A DNA stretch of 64,000 nucleotides, taken from NCBI GenBank assembly GCA_018697295.1, contig JABHTJ010000002.1, positions 28,027 to 92,026 of the forward strand. Direction: 5' to 3'. The DNA comes from an archaeon (GTDB taxonomy: Archaea > Nanobdellota > Nanobdellia > Pacearchaeales > GW2011-AR1). Positions 45,103 through 54,179 of this stretch are shown piece by piece. Position 1 is the stretch's first letter. Each line of letters begins with the position of its first letter. A program made the translations under genes and the position numbers. The notes below the pieces were generated by a model. The model worked only from the letters and a program-made list of their open reading frames with translations. It did no database searches and was not told where the DNA came from.

Positions 45103-45273
45103 ATGCAAAGTAAATGGTATGCGTGGCTTGTGACCTTGATAGGTGTATTGTTGATTCTTCCCTTATTGGGAGTTGATGCTTTAGGAACTGTTACTGAAGG
45201 AGTTACTGCTTGGTTAATCGCAATCGCAATTTTGATTATAGGAATAATCGGAATTATGAAAAGTTCTAAGTAG
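45103..45273 (+). CDS. 56-aa two-TM membrane peptide with strong Shine-Dalgarno (AGGAGGTG)
   Basis: MQSKWYAWLVTLIGVLLILPLLGVDALGTVTEGVTAWLIAIAILIIGIIGIMKSSK. The SD lies 7 nt upstream. It is below the ORF-track cutoff. Confidence 0.4.
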   Translation: MQSKWYAWLVTLIGVLLILPLLGVDALGTVTEGVTAWLIAIAILIIGIIGIMKSSK

Positions 45274-45331
45274 CTTTTAATTTAAATTCTCTAAGAAATT
45301 ATTTTGGAGGATTTTATTTTTAATTCCTTTT

Positions 45332-45877
45332 TTATTCTTTTATTTTCAAATCAGCCTTACACATATACATCTCGATCGTTACCTTTCTTATTGCGTAGGT
45401 GAGGATTAGTATTGAGGCGATTGAGAGTTCTAGCCCATTGTAAGGCAGAATTGTTAAGAACCCAGAACTAACTCCGAGAATGGATAATAGTCCTACTCCG
45501 CAGACGGCACAGCCTGGAGCGAGTGCGGCAAGTGCGATTCCAATTGTTGCAAAGAATCCAGTTTTTTTATCAGGATTTATTTTCCCTAGATTAATTTTAT
45601 AGATGATTAAGGTGAGGAGAATTCCGAGCAAGATGCTGACTATGATGAGGGAAATGTATGAATGAAGTTTTATTGTCTCGTAAAAAGAAATTGAAATCGT
45701 GACGAAAAGTTTTATTGTTCGAAGAATTCCAATGTTCTCTGAAAACTGAATCAGGCTTTTGAAATTTGCAATAACGACGTTGATTAAGAAAAAAATAAGT
45801 GCCGTTCCAATAGTTATTGTCCAATATTTTTTCTCTTTGTAGACGCTCTTCCAGACGTTAGGAATTATGTTCACCAT
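45332..45877 (-). CDS. Polytopic membrane protein, unknown function
   Basis: 181 aa, four or five hydrophobic helices, with a CAVCG motif in the last helix region. Confidence 0.5.
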   Translation of the reverse strand: MVNIIPNVWKSVYKEKKYWTITIGTALIFFLINVVIANFKSLIQFSENIGILRTIKLFVTISISFYETIKLHSYISLIIVSILLGILLTLIIYKINLGKINPDKKTGFFATIGIALAALAPGCAVCGVGLLSILGVSSGFLTILPYNGLELSIASILILTYAIRKVTIEMYMCKADLKIKE

Positions 45878-45984
45878 TATAGTTTATTTTAGCCCAGTTT
45901 TTATAGTTAGTGTTAACAGTGTTTGGTTGTTCGCTTAATCTTGATTATCTAAATTCTTAAAAACGTTGGAGCAGATATTCTTTT

Positions 45985-46548
45985 ATGGATATTCAAGTGC
46001 GTGAGAAAACGATTGAGGAAATTGAGAAAAAGATTTTGGAGATGGGAACCTCTCTCAACAAAATTAAATATCTTGAATCTGCTATTCGTGAAGTTGGGTT
46101 TAGTTATGAGATTAAGAGATTTTTATGGAAGCTTTTAGCAAAGTATTATGTTGAATCTGGGATGTATGAAAAGGCTGCTAAGGCGATGTCTCAGAAGGCG
46201 AGTGCAGAAGTTTCATTTAAGGAAAGGATTGAGAGTTATTTAGAGGCAGGTGAATTGTATGCTAGAATTGGAAAGGTAAGTGACGCTGACGAAATGTTTG
46301 TTCGCGCAATTCGTGATGCTCCTGAAGCTAGAAAATCTGCGATTAAACTTGCTCGAAAAAATATTTATTTAGTTTCTGCAAAAACTTTGGAAGAAAAAGG
46401 AAAGAAAGCTAGCGCTGTGAAATTTTATGAAAAATTAATTAAGATGAATTTAGAAGAAGTTGAAAAAGATGAGATTAAGAAAAAACTTCTTGCTACATAT
46501 AATGCTCTTGGACTATTTCGAGAAGCTAAGCTGTTAGAAGGGTTGTGA
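45985..46548 (+). CDS. Alpha-helical (TPR-like?) hypothetical protein
   Basis: 187 aa, helical repeats rich in A/K/E (YVESGMYEKAAKAM...YLEAGELYARIGKVSDADEMFVRA). Confidence 0.45.
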   Translation: MDIQVREKTIEEIEKKILEMGTSLNKIKYLESAIREVGFSYEIKRFLWKLLAKYYVESGMYEKAAKAMSQKASAEVSFKERIESYLEAGELYARIGKVSDADEMFVRAIRDAPEARKSAIKLARKNIYLVSAKTLEEKGKKASAVKFYEKLIKMNLEEVEKDEIKKKLLATYNALGLFREAKLLEGL

Positions 46549-47118
46549 TTTTTAAATTGTTAATTGGCACCACTTGGCGCTTATTTTGTATTGCGCCGTG
46601 ATTGCTCTTCATTCGCAACGGCGCCGGACAATTTTTGTGAGTCTTCAGACTATTTGTTAAAAAATAAAAAAAATAAAAAAAAATAAATTTTGATTTAAAG
46701 GTCTTCTTCTAAATCGATGCAATTTCCGCCGACATCATCAAGCTCGTTTAAAGTTTCTTCTGGCATGTTTTTGTTTGAATCGCTTAGTCTTCAAGTTCGT
46801 CTTCATCGTCGAAGATTTCTCCTTCGTCCTCTTTTTTGAAGTTTTCAGCAACCATCTTTTATTTAATTTTTTATTGTTCCTCGACTATATAAAGATTTCT
46901 GGGATTTTTGAATAAAATTTTGTTTTGGAAGATTTTAAAAAGGCAGATTTTATTATTCTTTTGTTAGGAATAGCTGAAGGACCTGTTAGATGGTTTCTTT
47001 ACTTATCACATTCACATTCACCTCGGAATAAAGTTTCGAGACAGAAGAGATGCAACAGAAGTTGTAAGCTTGATACTATTTCTAATTAATTAAAAATTAA
47101 ATAATATGGAGAAAAAAA

Positions 47119-48303
47119 ATGGCAAAAATTAGTCCAACCTCAATAAAATATTCAATTATTGCAGATTTTGTAGCCGAAGGTCCGTTCCAAAAGCCAGATG
47201 TTATCGGTGCGTTATTTGGTCAGACTGAAGGATTACTTGGAAGCGATATGGAACTACGAGAACTTCAAAAAGAAGGAAAGATTGGTAGGATCGAAGTTGA
47301 TTTAACAACTGAGAATGGAAAGACGAGTGGAGAGATTACAATTCCAACAGCTCTTGATAAAACTGAGACAACGATTATTGCTGCTGCTCTTGAAACAATT
47401 GATAAGATCGGTCCAACTGATGCAAAAATTTCTATTAAAGATATTTCTGATGTTCGTGGTGGAAAGCGAGATTATATCATGGAGCGAGCAAAAGCATTAC
47501 TTGCAGGAATTAATAATACTGCAATGGATTCTACTGAAATGGAAACTGAACTTAGGGAATCTAGTCGGGTTTCAAAAGCTGTAACGTATGGTCCTGAAGG
47601 TTTAGCTGCTGGTCCTGACATTGATTCTGTAAAAGAATTAATTGTAGTTGAAGGTCGAGCCGATGTTGTTAATATGCTCAAGCATGGAATCAAAAATGTA
47701 ATTGGAATGCAAGGAACTCGATTTCCAAAAACTATTGCAACTCTTAGCGAAACAAAAGAAATTACTTTGTTTGTTGATGGAGATCGTGGTGGAAAGTTGA
47801 TTGCGCAAAACGTTTTTGATAATGCAAAAGTTGTTTATATTGCAACTGCACCCGATGGTAAAGAAGTAGAAGAACTTACAGGAAAAGAATTGTTACAATG
47901 TTTGCGAAAGAAAGTTGCTGCAGAAGTTTTTTTGAAACAATCTTCTAGAGATTCTCGTCCCAAGAATGGTCGAAGAACTCATACTGGTGTTTCAAGGTCT
48001 GAAGAACCAAGTGAACCAATTGAGCGACGAAACATAACTGACTCAGATATTTCTAGTCTTCGTGAACTTTCAAGTGAACTTAAGGGAAGAAATATTCTTG
48101 TACTTAACGATTCTTTAGAGATTGTTCAAAATGTTCCTAGCTCTCGACTTGACTCTGTTAATGCAAAAGATTCCTTTATTCTAATGCTTTCAAATGCAAC
48201 TTCGAGTACGATTAAGAGTGCAGAGAAATTGAGCGTAAAAGCTGTAGCTGCAAAAACTTTTAACAAGGTTGCTGAGACAAACATTGATCTGATTTCACTT
48301 TAA
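47119..48303 (+). CDS. dnaG: Archaeal DnaG-type primase (Toprim)
   Basis: N-terminal IIADFVAEGPFQKPDVIGALFGQTEGLLGSDMELRELQK matches archaeal DnaG. Toprim region LIVVEGRADVVNMLKHGIKNVIGMQGT...FVDGDRGG. Confidence 0.75.
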   Translation: MAKISPTSIKYSIIADFVAEGPFQKPDVIGALFGQTEGLLGSDMELRELQKEGKIGRIEVDLTTENGKTSGEITIPTALDKTETTIIAAALETIDKIGPTDAKISIKDISDVRGGKRDYIMERAKALLAGINNTAMDSTEMETELRESSRVSKAVTYGPEGLAAGPDIDSVKELIVVEGRADVVNMLKHGIKNVIGMQGTRFPKTIATLSETKEITLFVDGDRGGKLIAQNVFDNAKVVYIATAPDGKEVEELTGKELLQCLRKKVAAEVFLKQSSRDSRPKNGRRTHTGVSRSEEPSEPIERRNITDSDISSLRELSSELKGRNILVLNDSLEIVQNVPSSRLDSVNAKDSFILMLSNATSSTIKSAEKLSVKAVAAKTFNKVAETNIDLISL

Positions 48304-48411
48304 TCAAGAATTATCTTTAATCATTTTTATTTTGGGATTTTATTTTTTATCCCTTTTTTTATTTTTTATTTTTTCATAACTTTTATATACTTTGATTCTT
48401 GTTCTTTTTGT

Positions 48412-48924
48412 ATGGTGAAAAAGGGGAGAAAGGTAGTGAAAGTTAGTTCAAAGAATTCTAAAATTTCTCGTGAGCAAGAACCTAAAAAATATGTTATTTA
48501 TTTATTTATTCTTGTTATTGTGGCTCTTGTAGCTTTTCTATATATTTGGTCTGATGTGGGTGAATGTGATTCTTGGGAATGTTTTAATAATCGTTTGAAA
48601 AATTGTGATCGGACAACTTTTATTGGTGGCGATGATATGATTTTTAAGTATACTATCTTGGGCACTTTTGGTTCCAGTTGTCAAGTTGACGTAGAATTAT
48701 TGCAGGCGAATTTAGGAGTTCAAGAATCTTTAAGTTTAGAAAATAAAGCTATGGTTTGCGAGGTTCCTTTTGGTGTTGTAATTTTGCCTGAAAGCGATAT
48801 TGGTGCGTGTCATGGACTTTTGAAAGAAGCCCTACAAGACCAAATTATTGAAAAATTATATTCTTATGTTGTTTCTAATGTTGGACAGATTAGTTTAGAA
48901 GTTTTGGATCCGAGTACAGCCTAA
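48412..48924 (+). CDS. Type II-like membrane protein with basic N-tail and extracellular Cys-containing domain
   Basis: KR-rich N-terminus, one TM (YVIYLFILVIVALVAFLYIW), then CDSWECFNNRLKNCD... Confidence 0.45.
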   Translation: MVKKGRKVVKVSSKNSKISREQEPKKYVIYLFILVIVALVAFLYIWSDVGECDSWECFNNRLKNCDRTTFIGGDDMIFKYTILGTFGSSCQVDVELLQANLGVQESLSLENKAMVCEVPFGVVILPESDIGACHGLLKEALQDQIIEKLYSYVVSNVGQISLEVLDPSTA

Positions 48925-48939
48925 GTATACTTGTACGTC

Positions 48940-49218
48940 TTATTTTCGATTGTTTTCTTTAGCTAAATCTTCTTGTAATTTGGCCTTTTCTTCAAACATT
49001 CTTTTTCGTAACTCATCAATTTTTTCAAGAATTTTCCTTGCTTTTTCAGGTTCTTCTCTTGCCGTGTTTAAAACATATAACATCTTTCTAAGAATGTCAT
49101 CATAGGATTCTCTTTTATGTTCTCTTAATTTTTCAAGCCTTATTTTCGTTTCTTCTAAGAGTTTTATCGTCGTTATCTTCGAATTTACTGGATTTTTTCT
49201 GATTTTTTTTCGTTGCAT
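48940..49218 (-). CDS. Ribbon-helix-helix (CopG/Arc-like) small regulator
   Basis: SKITTIKLLEETKIRLEKL is a beta-strand followed by helices, then a charged coiled tail. 92 aa. Confidence 0.45.
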   Translation of the reverse strand: MQRKKIRKNPVNSKITTIKLLEETKIRLEKLREHKRESYDDILRKMLYVLNTAREEPEKARKILEKIDELRKRMFEEKAKLQEDLAKENNRK

Positions 49219-49362
49219 TTTTTTTCGTTATTTTCGTTACTCATTATCTGTAACAGAATGTATACGATAGTATCCTTTTTAAGGTTTTTCGTCATTGCAG
49301 AATTACAACAAATGAGAAGGTTTAAATAGAGGAATTTTGTTCCAAATATAACTAAATTCAAA

Positions 49363-50565
49363 ATGAAACAAATGAAAAAAAATTTGCTTTTAATTCCTTT
49401 TATTGTAGCTTTGACTTTCATGGCTGTAGCTATTGTTGCAGCAGGTGAATTGGCCCAAAATGTTGACGTAGAACTTAATGATGTTAATCTTAACTCATAT
49501 AGTACTATGGCTGTTATGGTTGGCGATTATGTCCCCATCAGAGTAACTTTTACTGCTTACGCCGATATGGAAGATGTCAAGGTTAAAGTTCGAATGGAAG
49601 GCACTCAAGAAGATATTTATGTTTCTACTGACCGATTCGACATTGTTGATGGTGTTACGTATACTAAATTATTAACTTTGAGCCTCCCTTCAGATTCAGA
49701 CGATTTATCAAAGATTCATACTCTTTATGTAGAAATCGTTTCTGCTGATGATCGAACTGAAATTGATTATAAAGTTAACTTACAAAGAGAATCGTATACT
49801 TTGGACATTTTATCTGCTGACTACACTTCTAGTGTTGATGCAGGTAGTGTATTCCCTATATCTGTTGTTGCAAAAAACAATGGTTATAACAATGCAGACG
49901 ATGTTTATGTAGTAGTTTCTATTCCAGCTCTTGGGATCTCAAGTCGAGGTTACTTCGGTGATTTAGCCGCAGTTGAAGATCATGGTAGCAATTACGAAGA
50001 AGAAGACTCTGCATACCAAACTGTATACTTACAAGTTCCTTCAAATGCACTTAGCGGTGTTTATGAAATGAACATTGAAGTTTACAACGACGATTCTTCA
50101 GTTACTATAACTAAGTTAATCAGTGTTGGTGAATCTAGTGCCACACAAGTTCTGGCTGCAGTAAAGAATATGGATTTGAACGCAGGAGAATCAGTTACAT
50201 ACGATTTAATCCTTGTTAACTCTGGAGATTCTGTAGAAGTTTTCAACTTAGACGCTGTCTTTGGCGACGATTTACAAGTATCTGTTCCATCAGTTATTAC
50301 TGTTGGCCCAGCTTCTAGTATTACGGTCCCTGTTACAGTTACTGCATCTAACGATGCTTCAGTTGGAACTTACACATTCTCAGTTAATGTTGGTTCTGAA
50401 TCAGTAGTCTTTGGTGCTAACGTTGTTAGTACTTCTGTTGCTACATCTATTGTTGCTTTGACAGTAATCCTTGTGATTATCTTTGTCGTTCTCTTGGCTG
50501 TTCTTATTGTATTACTTACACGAAAGGAAAAACCAATGGAAGAAGTAGAAACTAGTTATTACTAG
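49363..50565 (+). CDS. Cell-surface protein (signal peptide, beta-rich ectodomain, C-terminal TM anchor)
   Basis: N-terminus MKQMKKNLLLIPFIVALTFMAVAIVAA. C-terminal TM SIVALTVILVIIFVVLLAVLIVLLTRKEK. Confidence 0.6.
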   Translation: MKQMKKNLLLIPFIVALTFMAVAIVAAGELAQNVDVELNDVNLNSYSTMAVMVGDYVPIRVTFTAYADMEDVKVKVRMEGTQEDIYVSTDRFDIVDGVTYTKLLTLSLPSDSDDLSKIHTLYVEIVSADDRTEIDYKVNLQRESYTLDILSADYTSSVDAGSVFPISVVAKNNGYNNADDVYVVVSIPALGISSRGYFGDLAAVEDHGSNYEEEDSAYQTVYLQVPSNALSGVYEMNIEVYNDDSSVTITKLISVGESSATQVLAAVKNMDLNAGESVTYDLILVNSGDSVEVFNLDAVFGDDLQVSVPSVITVGPASSITVPVTVTASNDASVGTYTFSVNVGSESVVFGANVVSTSVATSIVALTVILVIIFVVLLAVLIVLLTRKEKPMEEVETSYY

Positions 50566-50786
50566 TCTCGCTGATTTCAACACAATTATTTTATTTTTTT
50601 ATAATTTATACTCTTGACGAGTATCTCTTTTTGGGGCAAAAGTTGCCCCTCGATTTTTTGATGTGGCTGGGGCTTTGAGAGGTTAATTAAAAGTCCCTTT
50701 TTTCGCGATCGCTTGGAATTTCGCGTGTTGCCCACCCACCCAGGTAGTTGTTATGTAACTTGTTCAACTGAATTTAGCAAGCTTAT

Positions 50787-51071
50787 TTATTTTAGGTTTT
50801 GAATATTTTTCTTTTTTAGAATTTTTCCTAAGAGAATTTCATAATCCTCTTTTTTTCTTATTCCTTTGAATTCGACTTCCATAATTGGACAATCTTTCGC
50901 ATAGCCATTTTTGAAAATTATTTTGCTGTATTCTATTGGTTTGTTGTCTGCATTAAATAACCTCTTTGTCCAATATGGTTTGATTTCTCGATATTCAATT
51001 TTTTTTGTTCCGTTTAGAATTTGTTTGAAGAATTCTTTGTGTAAAGTTAGATGAAGGATTTTCTCAGTCAT
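50787..51071 (-). CDS. ASCH/PUA-like small protein
   Basis: HLTLHKEFFKQILNGTKKIEYREIKPYWTKRL resembles the ASCH N-terminal strand-helix pattern. Confidence 0.4.
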   Translation of the reverse strand: MTEKILHLTLHKEFFKQILNGTKKIEYREIKPYWTKRLFNADNKPIEYSKIIFKNGYAKDCPIMEVEFKGIRKKEDYEILLGKILKKKNIQNLK

Positions 51072-51157
51072 GATTGATTGAAGATTTTATCAGTTAAATA
51101 TTTTTTGTTAATTTTCATCACCAGAATATTTATAAATCTTCAACTCGCATTGATATT

Positions 51158-51481
51158 ATGGAAAAAGATATCGGAAAGATAAAGCGAAATGAGAATACAG
51201 ATATTGTTATTAGAATTGACGATTTTGGTGGAAAGCGTGGGCTTACTATTCGAGAATTTGTGAATAAGAGTGAGACTGGTTATACTGGGTTTACGAAATC
51301 TGGTACGCGGATTCCTGCAGATCAAGTTCAAGAATTTAAGCGAATGATTGAATTGCTTGATATGAGTGATTTTAAAGAAGAGTCTCAAGAGAGTTTGCCT
51401 GCGGTTTCTGAGAATGTTAGTGCCGGAAATGATTCGGATGAATCTTCTAATTCTGGAATTGATGAACAAGGTTTGATGTAA
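51158..51481 (+). CDS. PC4/p15-like ssDNA-binding transcriptional coactivator homolog with acidic tail
   Basis: IRIDDFGGKRGLTIREFVNKSETGYTGFTKSGTRIPADQVQEFKRMIE matches the PC4 fold pattern (IDIREF...PTKKGI.L...W..L). Confidence 0.5.
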   Translation: MEKDIGKIKRNENTDIVIRIDDFGGKRGLTIREFVNKSETGYTGFTKSGTRIPADQVQEFKRMIELLDMSDFKEESQESLPAVSENVSAGNDSDESSNSGIDEQGLM

Positions 51482-51538
51482 TTATGGAAGTTAATCTTTA
51501 TGGGAAATTATATAAATGAAGATGTGCTGAATTAAATT

Positions 51539-52087
51539 ATGAAAAAGAAAGGTGCTGTTGGTTTATCAATGTCGACAATCGTTATTGTAATTATTTCACT
51601 TAGTGTTTTAATTTTAGGGTTAGTATTAACGAAAAATATTATGTGTGCTGCAATGGATGGGATTGGAGATTTAGATGACCAAATGAAAAATGAGATTAGA
51701 TCACTTTTTGGCGCAAACGATAAGTTAGTAGTTAAAGAATCAGTTAATGAAATTGTAAAGGGAGTTTCTTATGGTGTTGGATTTGGAATTTTGAATCAAG
51801 GTCAAGACTCTGAAGATTTTTCCTATATTGTTAAGGCGTCTGATGTAAGTAGTTGCTCGTTTTCATTAGCAGATGCAGATGATTTTATTGTTCTTGGAAA
51901 AAGTTCCTCTGTTAAAATATCTCCTGGTGATGATTATTCTGGACTCATCAAATTTGAAATTCCAAAATCTGTAGAAAGTTGCCATATTAGATATTCTATC
52001 GAAGTTATGAATGAAGGCTCTGTTTATGCATTTAATGAATTTGATGTAGAGATTAAGTCTAAATCATTTACACAGAATTTTTGTTGA
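51539..52087 (+). CDS. Pilin-like/secreted protein with possible class III (type IV prepilin-like) signal
   Basis: N-terminus MKKKGAVGLSMSTIVIVIISLSVLILGLVL has a charged KKKG followed by a long hydrophobic stretch. Confidence 0.35.
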   Translation: MKKKGAVGLSMSTIVIVIISLSVLILGLVLTKNIMCAAMDGIGDLDDQMKNEIRSLFGANDKLVVKESVNEIVKGVSYGVGFGILNQGQDSEDFSYIVKASDVSSCSFSLADADDFIVLGKSSSVKISPGDDYSGLIKFEIPKSVESCHIRYSIEVMNEGSVYAFNEFDVEIKSKSFTQNFC

Positions 52088-52107
52088 GATGCTGTTTTGA
52101 CGTAATC

Positions 52108-52599
52108 TTATTTGCGTCGTTTTCTAAAATAATATATTTCTGCGATGATTATTGCGCCGATTAGGATTATGACAATTAAGAGAATTTTGAAATAATATTT
52201 AAAATCATTTTCTGAATTTTTTGTGATGTAAAATGTTGTTTGAATATCTTCACTGAGTGCGTCGAAATTTTCTACTTGAACTTTGATTGTTGCTTGGCCA
52301 CTTTTGGCAGTTTCTGGAATGAGAATATAATCTGTAAATGAAATTTGTGTTTCAATTGCTTTTAGGAGTTTTGACTCTGCGATTACTTCTTCATTTGAAA
52401 TTATTTGAATTGTAAATGTTACATCTTCACGATTACCTAATGGGTTTTCTGGATATTTGACTTCGACGTCATAATATAATTTTTCTCCGGTTTGCACTGT
52501 TGTGTATTCTTCTTGAACGTGCATTGTAATGCTTATTGCGAGTGCTGATGGAATGCTCATGAGAAGAATCGCGAGAACTAGTATTGCGCTATTTTTCAT
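52108..52599 (-). CDS. Surface protein (signal peptide, C-terminal TM + RKRRK)
   Basis: 163 aa. C-terminus is KILLIVIILIGAIIIAEIYYFRKRRK. Confidence 0.5.
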   Translation of the reverse strand: MKNSAILVLAILLMSIPSALAISITMHVQEEYTTVQTGEKLYYDVEVKYPENPLGNREDVTFTIQIISNEEVIAESKLLKAIETQISFTDYILIPETAKSGQATIKVQVENFDALSEDIQTTFYITKNSENDFKYYFKILLIVIILIGAIIIAEIYYFRKRRK

Positions 52600-52600
52600 C

Positions 52601-53482
52601 TTAGTATCTTTTTATGAAGAATTTAATCACGATAAAACCGAAGAGAATTAATCCTATAAAACTAAGTGGCCATGCAGGGTTTGTATCTACTCGGTCTGTT
52701 ACTTCAAAGTCTTGTTCGCTTGTTCCTGTCTGGTCATCTCCATAGAAAATTTGGGTTGACAAAATATAGTTTCCGTCGGGTAAGTCCAAGAAATCAAATC
52801 TTTTGACGATTTGTTCTTCTGTTTGAACGACAATAGAATCAAAACCATGATATGCTTCTGTGTTCGTCTTTTTGTTTTTTATGGAGTAGGTGATGTCTGC
52901 AATCGAAGTTCCTTCGCCGAAATTTTCAAAGGTAATAAATGCGAGAAGATCTTTTGAAGAAGAAATTGTTTCCCGTGCGAGTCTTACTGTTACATCAAAT
53001 AATTCTCTGTGATCTATTGACGCGTCTTCAATTTTTTCAACATATTTTTTCATAGATATTGCTGCAGAACCTGAGATTCCCTTTACTTCGAACGTTATGT
53101 CAAAATCTCCGTCTCGGTTTAAATCTATAAATGTAATTGTTTCTAAGGGTAATTCAACAATTCTATTTTGTGGAAATTGAAGAGTTATTTTATCTTCATT
53201 AATGGCCGAGACTACCAACATATAAATTCCTTCTCGCGAATCTAATTTTATGATTTCTTTTTCTTTAAGTGTTAAAATTATCTCTTCTTGTAATGCTGAA
53301 CGACTTATTTCGTATACTTTTTTTGTAAGATCAATAGTCTCAGAAAATTCTGGATCAGGACTAATCGAAGTTATTGAACTAAAATCTGCCGATGCTGTTG
53401 AAGAGATAGCGATTAGTAAAATTGTTGCTAGTAAAAAGTTTTTTAGATTATTACTCTCTATTTGTTCACCTTTTTTCTCCAT
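52601..53482 (-). CDS. Surface protein (signal peptide, C-terminal TM)
   Basis: 293 aa. C-terminus is WPLSFIGLILFGFIVIKFFIKRY. Confidence 0.5.
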   Translation of the reverse strand: MEKKGEQIESNNLKNFLLATILLIAISSTASADFSSITSISPDPEFSETIDLTKKVYEISRSALQEEIILTLKEKEIIKLDSREGIYMLVVSAINEDKITLQFPQNRIVELPLETITFIDLNRDGDFDITFEVKGISGSAAISMKKYVEKIEDASIDHRELFDVTVRLARETISSSKDLLAFITFENFGEGTSIADITYSIKNKKTNTEAYHGFDSIVVQTEEQIVKRFDFLDLPDGNYILSTQIFYGDDQTGTSEQDFEVTDRVDTNPAWPLSFIGLILFGFIVIKFFIKRY

Positions 53483-53583
53483 GTGGTATTAAATGGAATA
53501 TTCTATATAAATGCTGTGGTGAAATCTGATTTTTGAGGATACTTTTATAAATTGTTTATCCCTTGATTGATTAAAGGTGTGAT

Positions 53584-54171
53584 ATGGTTTGGTTAGAGGT
53601 TGAAACAAAAGTTCCGTTGAAAAATTCCGAGGTTGCCCCACTTCGTAAGAAGATTAAGACAATTGCTAATTTTGAAAAGCGAGGAAAGAAATCTGATGAT
53701 TATTTTGCTATTCAAAAAAGTGGTTATCCAAAAAAAGCGTTTCGATTTAGGACGATGAAAGATTCTACTGAGGTTACATTTAAGCGATGGCTTCGAAGTT
53801 ATTGGACTGATTTAATTGTCGTTAAACAAGAATTTGAGTTTAAATTATGTGATGCTGGTGGAAAGGATGATCTGCTTGAGCTCTTCGGAGATTTTGGATT
53901 TTATGAATGGGTTAAGAAAATAAAACGTAATGAAACTTACAAACATAAAAAGAATAAAAAAATTTCTATTGAGATAAATCATGTTAAACATCTTGGTTAT
54001 TTTATGGAGATTGAATATTTGTGCAAGAAAAAAGATATGAAGAAAGCTGTTAAGGCGATTACTAAGACTCTTGATGAATTGAGCATTGAAAAAAAACAAA
54101 TTGATAATACTGGGTATACGAAACTTTTGTGGAAAAAAGGAACGCTTGGAAAAAGTAAATTTATTGACTGA
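53584..54171 (+). CDS. CYTH-domain (triphosphate tunnel metalloenzyme) protein
   Basis: N-terminal WLEVETKV resembles the EIExK motif. C-terminal YFMEIEYL is CYTH-like. Confidence 0.45.
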   Translation: MVWLEVETKVPLKNSEVAPLRKKIKTIANFEKRGKKSDDYFAIQKSGYPKKAFRFRTMKDSTEVTFKRWLRSYWTDLIVVKQEFEFKLCDAGGKDDLLELFGDFGFYEWVKKIKRNETYKHKKNKKISIEINHVKHLGYFMEIEYLCKKKDMKKAVKAITKTLDELSIEKKQIDNTGYTKLLWKKGTLGKSKFID

Positions 54172-54179
54172 ACATTATT

